NCBI GenBank assembly: GCA_004431415.1
Contig: QPMI01000163.1
Location: 124,001-188,000 of the forward strand
Length of the DNA: 64,000 nucleotides
Direction: 5' to 3'
Source: Cyanophora paradoxa CCMP329
Lineage: Eukaryota > Plantae > Glaucophyta
Made by a program: the position numbers and the translations under genes. This document shows, one piece after another, positions 46,936 to 56,590 of the stretch (position 1 is the stretch's first letter; each line of letters begins with the position of its first letter). The notes beneath the pieces were generated by a model. The model searched no databases, was not told the DNA's origin, and saw only the letters and a list, made by a program, of their open reading frames with translations.

Positions 46936-48699
46936 AACCTAACCGCGCTCAACCTCTGACGCAGGGTACAGCTCGAATTCGCCAAAATGCGCGTGGTTGT
47001 CCCCTGGCTTCGCACCGCCCAGCGCGATGCGCGGTACGCGCTCCAGCGTCGAGGAGTGCTCACGCGGCCGCCAGTAGACCCGCCCGCGGTCGCCCTCTCG
47101 AGCATTCGGCACGGCTCGCACGACACACCGCACCGGCGCCCGCCGATCTGCATCTTGGTACGAAACGACAAGCGCATTGCGCACGTGTCTAGTTGACCCC
47201 AGGCGCAGCACGGACTGGTGGGTGATCTAAACGCGCGCCAGTTCTGCTTGCCCGTCTGAAGCCCTGCTCAGTTCGGCGCGCTGCCCAACTGGCGAGGGTT
47301 CATTTCGAAGATGGACGCGGAATACGCGAACGAGCCTTTGCAGCAGCGCCCGTTCGAGACGGCATACATGTTGGACGGTGAGACCACATTGACGCCTCGA
47401 ACTTCAGTTCTCATGACGCTGCCTCGCAGCTCGCAATCACGGCACTTCCGAACATCACCCTGACATGTCGTACGGTTCGAGAACGTTTGTTTGTGCTCGC
47501 ACAACTTACAGCCAACGGCCTGCTCTTTGCAGAGCTAATGGCACATGATTTGCGTGCTTGGATGGGATGCCACAACCTCTCATCGGCAATATGGCTGGGT
47601 AATAATGATCATTGCAATTGTATTTGGTTATCAAGAGGTTTTTTAGGTTGTACCATATGCTCACCCCTGGGTGCTCGCAGGGCACTCCATGGGGGGAAAG
47701 GCTGTTGCACAGGTGCGTGCAGCATACTGCTTGATTGAGGTCGATTTGTCCTTATCCCAAGTTTTTCATGCAGCTTGCACTGGAAAATCCGTCCCTGGTG
47801 TCCGCCTTGATCGTTGTGGACATAGCACCAGTCACATATGATCACAATGCTATGCTTGATGGCGTAATTCGGCCTCTGAGAAAGTATGTAAAAGTGCTGA
47901 TTTTCTGTTGCGCAAACAATCATGAGCCTGACCTGTCCACAGTGTCGACCTCTCAACTCTCAAATCTCGAGCAGATGCAGATGCAACATTAGCCCCGCAT
48001 GTGAAGGTGTGCATGATGAGCTGACAATACTTTTCCCATTTCTGAAACCTATTTCATTCCAGGACCCAAGAGTGCGAGGCTTTCTTCTCACGAATCTCGT
48101 TCACTCTGCCACTGGATATAAATGGAGGGTTAATCTCGAGGTCAGATCTATTGTTGGTTCTCAGCACAGTTTCACATCCACCATGATCCTATGCATGTGC
48201 AGTCAATTGAGCGATGCTGGCCATCACTGGCATCTTTTCCATCTAGGTGGATTCAAGCAAACACAGCTGGTCAGGGTGTGCAGAAGTTAGACTCTTTAGA
48301 TATTTGTCCTTCCACTAATTTGTATTTGTTCTCTCCTCAGGACGTACCTATGATGGTCCAACTTTATTCATCCGAGGATCAGCATCCGTAAGGAGCTGTT
48401 TCGCATGTCGCAGACGGCCCCGGACGGACCTCGACGGGCCGAAAACGGCGCGACCTTTTGGACATCCCGCTAGTTCGCGAGCTTTAACAATGGATGGAAT
48501 TTGAATTTTGAACACGGCCGTGTCACGGCGGCTATCAGCCGGCTGAGTTCGAGTTCGAGCTGGCTAGACCAAATTCTATATCCCCCCAAGCCATCTCCCC
48601 CCCCTTCCAAGCCACGGCCAGCTGCAGCTAGATTGCGGCCAGCCACGGACTTGCGCGGGAAAAGCAAAAGCGCTTATAGCTTAGCGTTCGGCGATCGAG

Positions 48700-51656
48700 A
48701 TGCCGCTCTCTGTGCTGTCTGCCAAGGTCGGCTCAGCGTTCGGTTCCATTAGAGCGTGGCTGGGCGGCGCCAGCGATGGCAGGCCGCGGCACGGCCAGAT
48801 TGGCGGCAGCACCTGCGGCAGCCAGGACGACCTCGGCGAGGACGTGAATCCAGACGACTTTGGCGACGCAGCTTTGAGCGAGCAAGTCGTTCAGCCTGCG
48901 CATGCAGCGCCAGCTGCGCATGCGACGGCCGCGGTCGCGCTGGCGCCTCCCGCGGCGGAGCCGGCGGGCGGGAGCGACTCCCCACAAGTCTCGCCAGTAC
49001 GCTCAGAGCTCGAGCAGAGCCCCGGCAGCGGCTGCTGTGAGACGCCAGGGACGCCTTTGGGGGGGTACGCCTGTACAGCCGTGTACGCCGCCTGTCGCAG
49101 CTGCCTCATCAGCGACCCCCGTGTACACGCCTGATCGCCCGCGTCGCAAGCGGGTAGTAGCTGCGCCCTCGCAATCGCAGCCTTCGCATGATCAGCCGGC
49201 CACGCCTCCACGCACGCAGCCGCCGGCGGCAGCGGCCTCGCCAGCGACCCCCGTGGACATGCCTAAGCGCGTGAGTCGCAAGCGGGCAGCGGCGGCGACC
49301 TCCCAGCCTTCGCCCGCGGCGGCACCGAGCGAGCAATATGAGGATCCCTTCGTTGCCATGGAGCGGTATATGGACGATCCCTCTGTCGCGCCGTCGCCTG
49401 CCAGCTCAGCCGCGAAGAAGCCAGCCCGAAGAAGCCCGCCACGTCCACCAAGCAGCAGTGCAAGCGGCGCAAGTGCGATGTCGAGATGACGGGCGAGGAG
49501 GAAGATCGATTCACCCCTGGGACAAGCCCGGGCGGCACCGCTTTCGCATCGAGGAGGAGGACGCCGCACTCTATCGGAGGCTCACCGGCTGCAAGCGGGT
49601 TTCCGATGCGGTTCGCATGGCGTCCAAGCTCCTTGAAGCGATCGAGTACCTTCAGCAGCGTGTGCGCGCGCCGTTTCACGCCGCCGTGCGCTTCGCCCGC
49701 AGCTTGCCTCGCTGATTCGGGCCGCAGGATGTCCTAGACAAGGGTCTAACTGGCGCGGAGCTCGCCAATCAACTGAAGGCGAAAGTCGACGTGTTCCTCC
49801 GTGCACCGGCGCAGCGTGAGGAGCTCCAACAGAAGTGCAGCTCCCTGGAGCGGGAGCTCCCTGATCTGCGGTGGGCCAACAGGGAGAAGCAGCGGCAGAT
49901 CGCTCAACGGGAGGAGAAGATCGCTCAGCTGGAGAAGGAGATGATGCAGCTCAACGCCAGTCTGGTGAGCCCGCCGGCCGCCGCGCCGCCCGCGCCGCCG
50001 GCGCCCGCAATGCGCTGCTGACGGCGGTCCCTCCGGCGCCCGCAGAGAGCGACTCGGGTCAAAAACCTCGAAGAGGAGTGCGAGGAGCTGCAGAACCAGA
50101 ACGCTGCGCTGCAGACGAAGGTGGATGACTTGGAAAACAAGGTCCGCGATTGCCCACACGCGTGCGTGCGCCCGCTGGCGCGTAACGCGGCGCGGCGCAG
50201 GTCTCAAGGATGAAGAGGAATTGGGACTTGGAGTTGGAGCGTGAGGCGAAGGTGTGGCGGAAGGAGGAGCGCATGTACATAAAGGAGGTGGAGGAGCTGG
50301 AGGCCGTTATCGAGTATCTCTACATGAGGGACGTGCTCATGCGGGAACCCGGGGCCTAGGGTCGCAGGGTGGGTCGCCGCGGTCCAGCAGCTACACGCTG
50401 CTGTGCCGCCGGAGACGTCGCCTTTCGAGGCGCCCGCCATCGGGCGCTAGCCCCGGCCCGCTCGCTTCGTCCTGCATAGCTAGAGCTCTCATCGGATGAG
50501 AAAAATTTGTGTTCCTTTTGCGCATGCGTCGCCCACACGACAGCCGGGCGGGGACGCGGGGCGCGGCTGGGTTGGCTAACTGTGCGTGCATCCGGAGCCT
50601 CCGAGCAAGCCTAGCCTATAAGCTCGGCGACGCTGAGCTAGGTGCGCCCGGCGCGCCTGGTAATCTGCTCGGGAAGGTCGGAACGGCTTGGGCACGGAAC
50701 CGGGGTCGGCCGCAAAGGCGGACCGTGCCAGACCCAATCGGCGCTGAGCTACGCCGGCGCGCCTGGTAATCTGCTCGGGAAGCTCGGGATGAGTCAAGGC
50801 CTCGCACCTGGGGCTGGCAATCCATGCACTGCGGCAAGCAGCCGCTGCCCCACCGACCTCGTCTCGCAGAAGCGGGTCACGGAGATGAAGGAAGACCGCG
50901 TGAAGCGCCGCGGGCGCTCTCGTGGCATGCCGGGCCGGGCCGGGCGTATGCGTACCCGGTTGGCCAGCGGAGGAAACTCGGCTGACTGAGCGGCTCGCGC
51001 TTTCGACAACGTGGCACTGTGGCACTGTAGTACACCTGGCGAGGCGCACGCCGCGACAACGATTCGGCGAGGCGCACGCCCTCGCCCGCGAACTTGGAAC
51101 ATACGCACGCCTGCCCTGGATCGCGGACCGAGCCTCGGAGACTTCCGCCCTCTCCGAGGCTCATGGCTGAAGCTGCGATAGCATGGTGCCGGCTGGCTGA
51201 GGCCGCCCGTGCCGGAGCAGCTGCAGCCGGGGCCAAGTGGCTGGCCGGCGCCTTAAGCGCGCGGCTGCACTGCGAGCGGGAGCTGGGCTCGCTGTCGGCG
51301 GCAATCTTATCCGCTCTCAAGGTTTCGCAAGGCTGCGAGCGCGCGGCGACCCCGGTATCGCGTTCGCAATTTTTGATCTGCCAGGGAATCTGCACTCCGA
51401 GGCTTGCGATTGAAGCACGGCAGCCTCGTATCTTGATTAGAACTTTTTATTCAAGATGTAGAGGCGTCACACGGCGTTATTTAGTGCCCTGCACAAAGCC
51501 CCCGCGATGGGCCCATTTAACCCGTCATACCATATGACTCATCATACGCCTATACACTACGTTACAGCTAGTCTTCTGCTGACTTTTGGCCCTTCCAAAT
51601 TGGGCCCATCGCCCCAGGAGCTGGGAGACATCGAAAATCGGGACGAGATCCTGAGG
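48700..51656 (+). CDS. Transposon-encoded N-terminal segment: disordered Pro/Ser region + long coiled coil; probably the 5' part of the transposase gene
   Basis: Spliced exons MPLSVLSAK..., REELQQKCSSLEREL...IAQLEKEMMQLN and VKNLEEECEELQNQNAALQTKVDDLENK. Putative later exons KRVTEMKEDRVKRR and ELGDIENRDEILR are cut at 51656. It could alternatively stop at 50359. Confidence 0.55.
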
Positions 51657-51983
51657 CGTAAGGAGCTGTTTCGCATGTCGCAGACGGCCCCGGACGGACC
51701 TCGACGGGCCGAAAACGGCGCGACCTTTTGGACATCCCGCTAGTTCGCGAGCTTTAACAATGGATGGAATTTGAATTTTGAACACGGCCGTGTCACGGCG
51801 GCTATCAGGGAGTCGCTCCCGCCCGCCGGCTCCGCCGCGGGAGGCGCCAGCGCGACCGCGGCCGTCGCATGCGCAGCTGGCGCTGCATGCGCAGGCTGAA
51901 CGACTTGCTCGCTCAAAGCTGCGTCGCCAAAGTCGTCTGGATTCACGTCCTCGCCGAGGTCGTCCTGGCTGCCGCAGGTGCTG
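51657..51983. repeat. Internal filler: direct copy of the element's left end plus an inverted internal segment
   Basis: 51657-51808 equals 48387-48538 (152 bp). 51808-51983 is the reverse complement of 48807-48982 (176 bp). Confidence 0.95.
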
Positions 51984-53330
51984 GGAGACAGGAGCAGCAG
52001 GGCCGCGGGATCGGGACGGCCTCCCTCCAGCCAGCGAACAGAGAATCCGCACCCCCGAGCACGACGCCAACGCCCTCCTGCAGCCGCTCCCGAACAGCAT
52101 GCTGCCCGTCGCTGCCGTCGAGGTGAGAAGCCCGCGACACCTCGCCTCAGCGGACGCCAACGCGCACCTCAGGTCCGGCTCGACGACGCCCTGCACGGCA
52201 TCAAGAGCTGGGTGGCCGGGTTCTTCGTCTACTTCTTCCTCGCCCTCGCCTGTGGTGCCTCCGAGGACCAGCAGAAGCGCATCGAAGACCTGCAGCGTCA
52301 TCTTCGCGATAAATACGCGCGGAACATCAAGTTCGAGAAGACCGAGAACGGGGCCACCTACAAGTTCTTCCAGAAGATCTCCGCCAACACCGCCAAGAAG
52401 ATCCTGGAGGACCCCGAGGCGCCCGACACCCTCTTCAGCATCTGCTTCGGCGACAGTAAGGAGAGCTGGAGCGAGAAGACGAGGGGCATGCACGAGATTT
52501 GGCAGCTCCGCCAGATCATCTACCAGTACGAGCGGAACATGAAGCCCGACGAGGAGGCGCGGCAGCAAGTTATCGAGGCCGTCGCCGAGCTCCAGGGCCT
52601 GATGGAGACACACTTCCCGTTATGGAAGATCTTCACACGCTACATGCACTCGACGCTTGCGCACCTCGCGTTCTGGGCGCGCGTCGACAACACGAACGCG
52701 CCCGGCCGTTGGAGCTGCGAGGTCATCGAGTCCTACATGGGCCTCCTTCGGCGCCTGCGACACACCGTCACGTCTCTCGGTGGCGGGTGGAACAAGGACC
52801 TCGACATGCTCAAGCAGATCATGACGCACCAGCGGCGGCGCCTGGCGCTGTGGATGCGGAACATGACGGAGGCGAGCGCCGGCGGGAAGGACGCTGCCCA
52901 CGCCGAGTACGACGCGCCCGTCGCCGCCAAGGCCTGGCCAGATGGGCCCTTCATCCCCCGACCTGCGGCCCGTCCCCACCGGTCAGCGGCTATGCAGGGC
53001 GAAGGGGCGGCGGCGGCGCCGCCGGGGGGCGAGGAGGTGGCAGCGGTGCCCCTGCCTGCGGACGAGGAGGAGATCGACGAGGATATTGAGCTGCAGGAGG
53101 GGGATCCGGTGCCGGAGGACGAGGTGCCCGAGGAGAGCGGGGACGAGGAGGAGGAGGAGGAGGAGACCGCCGAGTACGACGCCGAGGCAGAGGAGGAGGC
53201 GGAGGAGGAGATGGAGGCGGAGGATGAGGGCGCCAACATGCTCGATTTCGATGATAGGGCCCTAGCAGAGGTTCTAGCAGACGATCTAGCGGAGGGGGAA
53301 ATAGACGAAATGGATTTGGACCAGACATAG
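51984..53330 (+). CDS. RAG1/Transib-like transposase, C-terminal half with acidic tail (5'-truncated)
   Basis: LDDALHG, IEDLQRHLRDK...ISANTAKKIL, TRYMHSTLAH and GRWSCEVIESYMGLLRRLR parallel RAG1 IDALH, LDKHLRKK...MNGNFARKLM, TNYFHKTLAH and GAWASEGNESGNKLFRRFR in the same order. Confidence 0.85.
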   Translation, partial: GDRSSRAAGSGRPPSSQRTENPHPRARRQRPPAAAPEQHAARRCRRGEKPATPRLSGRQRAPQVRLDDALHGIKSWVAGFFVYFFLALACGASEDQQKRIEDLQRHLRDKYARNIKFEKTENGATYKFFQKISANTAKKILEDPEAPDTLFSICFGDSKESWSEKTRGMHEIWQLRQIIYQYERNMKPDEEARQQVIEAVAELQGLMETHFPLWKIFTRYMHSTLAHLAFWARVDNTNAPGRWSCEVIESYMGLLRRLRHTVTSLGGGWNKDLDMLKQIMTHQRRRLALWMRNMTEASAGGKDAAHAEYDAPVAAKAWPDGPFIPRPAARPHRSAAMQGEGAAAAPPGGEEVAAVPLPADEEEIDEDIELQEGDPVPEDEVPEESGDEEEEEEETAEYDAEAEEEAEEEMEAEDEGANMLDFDDRALAEVLADDLAEGEIDEMDLDQT

Positions 53331-53343
53331 CGCACCTTGTAAC

Positions 53344-55372
53344 CTAGATAGTGCGATTCTCAGTAGCAGCTTCACGACTTTGCCCTCTTGCGCGCCGCCA
53401 CCGCGGCCGCGAGCTGTGCCGCGCGATCCTTCCTGCTGCAGGATTAGGCGAGCAAGTAGCCGAGCGGGGGGCGAGGGGGAGGGGGCGCACTTGGGGACCG
53501 AGGCGGATGCGGCGGGGGCAGGTAGGGCGGCAGCGGCCGGTGGGGCAGCAGCAGCAGGGGCCGACAGGGCGGCGACCGGCGGGCGGGGGCGGGCGGGGCG
53601 GCGGCGGCGGCGGCCGGCAGGGCGGCGGCGGCGGGGGCCGGCGGGGCGGCGACGGCGGGGCCGGCAGGGCGGCGGCGGCGGGGGCCGGCAGGGCGGCGGC
53701 GGCAGGTTCTGAAGGGGCTGCTTCGGGGACAGGCGGCGCCTTGGCGACGGTGTTGGCGCCGGCGCGGCACCGGCGCGGGCGCTTCACGGGGACAGCCGCG
53801 AGGGCCCCGCGAGGCTGGCGATGCGCTCGCCGTCGGGGCCGTACTCGTAGCTCGGAAGCTCGAGCGTGACGTGCCCACCTTTCCTGCCCGAGCGCTTCGT
53901 GGCCACGATCCGACCGGGACCTGCCGCGCCCAAGGAGCAGAGCTTCGTAAGCGAGCGGCGCGGCGAGGGCGGGCCGGGCGCACGCTCGTCGAACTGGACG
54001 ACGTCATGGGAGCCCGTGTGGCGCGGCACGATTAAGCCGCCGTACGCCTTCTCGACGGTGACGGTCTGCATCTCGCTGTGCTTCCGGATCGCCTTCCCGT
54101 CCGCGTCCCGCTTGCAGACGCGCTTGGACGCTTGCGCCACGCCGGAGGGACCGAGAACAGCTGCAAAGAGGTCGGAAAAAGAACAGCGAGCGGGAAAAAG
54201 GAAGCGGCTTCCACCAGCAGCGGTCTCGCGGTCCGGAAGCTCGATAACGAAGCGATTCGCCGCCGGCAGCTTGTCAACCGGGATCGGCTGGCCCGTCTTC
54301 GGGTCGATGGGCGTGGCGACGTGCGCGACCTGCGCCACGATGTTCTCCTGCGATGCGCACCGTTAGAGGATAGGAAAAAGAACTTCGAACGAGTCATAAG
54401 AGCCGCAGACCAACATTGCCGGCCCGGCCACCGGGATCTTGACGTTGACAAGCTGCGTCCCGGTCTTCCGGCGCTTGAGGGCGTTCGCGGCGGCGTCCTG
54501 AAGGTAGCCAATCGCCTCCACGCGCTCCTCCGGCCTCGACAGCGGCCGGAGGAAGCACGCCATCTTCTTCTTCGCCACTCGCTTGAGCCTCGCGTTGAAG
54601 GCGAGGGCGACGTCGAACTGGAAGGAGCCGTCGCCCGGGAACGTCATGATTTGCTTACAGACGTAGATGTGGGGATCGGCGTGGTTGAGGGCTTTGTACT
54701 CGTCCGCGGCCACCACCTTCGCGGGTGCGTGAACCTGCGCGCACGGGCATCGGACGCTGGAACGGGGCGCGGGCGCGGCGGGCGGACCGTCACGTTCGAG
54801 TAGTAGATGAGGTGGTTTGCGATGGCCACGGCTGCCTGCTCCCCGTCTGCCTTGATGATCACGCTGCCGAGCCCGCAGTCCTTCACATCGGAGTCCTCCG
54901 GGCGCACGAAGCGCCGAAGGATGACGCCGTTGACGGAGTAGTTGAAGTCGCCGCGCTTCGCCTTCGTCTGTGTTGGGAACTCGCCCTCGACTCGCGCCAA
55001 AATCGTTTCACCTGGGCGCGGGAAATGGAAGGGCTTCGGGCGAACGACGCTGAGTTCTGGACACAGCTGGGTGTCTGAGCTAACTGAACAGATGACGAAG
55101 TCGCCAAGGCGAACGTGGTAGGCGCGGCCGCTGGTGTCCAGGCAGCGGACCGTTGCCGCGGGGTGCTCGCCCTTGAGGATGTCGAGGTCAGGGAGCTTGG
55201 GCTCCTTCGCCTTGCGCGCCTGCTGAGTGATCTTGTTGACACGCTTCATGTTGCCCTTGCCGGCCCACGAGCTGCTGCTGTCGGGTCGCTTGCCGTGCCA
55301 GCGGTGCCGACGTCGGGCCTCGTCGAAGCCGTCATCCCAGAGGCTGGGTTCCTTTCGCTTTGACTGCTTCAT
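53344..55372 (-). CDS. Transposon-borne BAH-like domain protein (3' end uncertain: 53784 or 53344)
   Basis: YHVRLGDFVIC...TILARVEG...VILRRFVRPEDS...SNVHAPAKVVAADEY...IYVCKQIM follows the BAH consensus order. Spliced and convergent with the transposase. Confidence 0.65.
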
Positions 55373-56590
55373 GCACGGCGGCGTGCAGGAATGCTCGCGC
55401 TCGGGCGTGCGCGATGGCGGGAAGCTAGCTAGTCCGGCCTAGCCGAGGGAAGCTGACTAGCAAGCCGGCCTGCTGACCGTTACTGTGACCGTTGTGGCCG
55501 CGTGTGTACGCCACTGTGTACGAGGCCAAGTTCGAGCTCAAGTTTGCGCTGGGCTAATTTCATTGGCGGAAGAAGTTAACAATGGGCGGGGCGTGACGCA
55601 AACTCCGTTCAGTTTGAAACGATCTGACTACATTCTGCCTGAACATGAGGACACAATCAAGGCCCTCTTTCCAAGAGCTGAAATAAAAACCATCGAAGGA
55701 GCAGGCAAGTCTTGAAGTCTTAGAGTCAAGACCACTGACACAGAAGTTCTGAGTTTCCTCCTGCAGGCCACTGGGTGCACAGCGAGAAGCCTGCTGAACT
55801 TGCGCAAGTGCTTCATCGCTTTCTGCAGAAAGCCTACATCTTCGAAGGCAACCATTGAATTGGTCATGTGCATCGGACCCCAAAGCTTCAACAAGCAGCC
55901 AAAAAAAATATTTGGTTTGTTGAAGCAGGCGAAGGGCAGGCATGCAAGACGAAATTGTGGAATGCATTCCTCCCCGCCCAGCAACCTAGCTATAGGGGGG
56001 GCGAACAAGGTCGAGCCGGCCATGCAAGCCGGGGCTCGAGCCAGGGGGGGGAGAGGCGGCCTCTGACGGAAACAGTGCTAGCTCATTTAATTTCTAGCTC
56101 GTGTCGCGGGCCTGAGTCATCGATATCAAATACAGGCTAGCCTGCCTCTATTCTGTAAGATTATGTGCATTCCGCATATATCCGCACGAGCTATCGCTAG
56201 AGGCCAGAGTTTCTTCGAGCGCCGAAGTCCGGGACCGGGTACCACCCCCCCCTTAGGAGGGCTCGAGCCAGCTCGAACCTGGAACGGGCCGGCTCGAGCC
56301 AGCTCAAGCCGGGGGTTTCAAGCTCGAGCCGCAGCTCTAGTGCACTCTAGTGCTGATCCACCATGAGAAAACGTTAATGCGGCACTTCCCTTTTTGCTCT
56401 GCCATTCAGTCCTTTTGTGTCTTCTTACCCACCGTGAAAAACACCATAATTTGCATAAACACATTACGGTACACTGCGCCACGACTGCAACGTGACTAAG
56501 CGGAGCGGCGTTGTTCGGTTTATTCCAACGCATCGGCGCCTAATCTAGTGACAGACACGGAACAGCGCCGGCACGCGAGAAAAAGGCCCA

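Larger units (their letters stand above)
48387..55621. mobile_element. Two-gene DNA transposon with RAG1/Transib-like transposase and convergent BAH-like gene (internally deleted and rearranged copy)
   Basis: Sits precisely inside a host exon, with ATC duplicated at 48384-48386 and 55622-55624. Termini are CGT...ACG. Encodes RAG1-like motifs. Confidence 0.88.
46987..55858 (+). pseudogene. ABHD11: ABHD11/YbfF-like alpha/beta hydrolase, interrupted by a transposon at 48387-55621
   Basis: IL/HGL/FGA..NW, DARNHG, GHSMGGK, LIVVDIAP, FLLTNL, WRVNL, PTLFIRGSAS//DYI and GHWVHSEKP. Removing the element and one ATC restores GCA-TCT-GAC-TAC. Confidence 0.88.

Noticed and set aside
50631-50783. Direct repeat (GCTGAGCTA...GGCGCGCCTGGTAATCTGCTCGGGAAG x2) as a separate element or array
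   Set aside because: Only two copies inside a probable transposon intron; a local duplication.
53344-55372. The convergent gene as a true RAG2 homologue
   Set aside because: No Kelch repeats or C4HC3 PHD pattern are visible; the motifs fit BAH better.
55512-55518. CACTGTG (reverse complement of the RSS heptamer CACAGTG) near the element's right end
   Set aside because: It is about 100 bp inside the TSD-defined end, has no nonamer at 12 or 23 bp, and has no matching left heptamer or 5-bp TSD. Likely chance.
48388-55612. The 7.2-kb insertion as a normal intron of ABHD11
   Set aside because: A GT donor exists, but no in-frame AG acceptor precedes the downstream coding sequence; the TSD and transposase indicate a transposon.
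55993-56339. Possible hAT MITE with GCTCGAGCC subterminal repeats and TAG...CTA ends
   Set aside because: No target-site duplication at the candidate ends, so the boundaries are unsupported.
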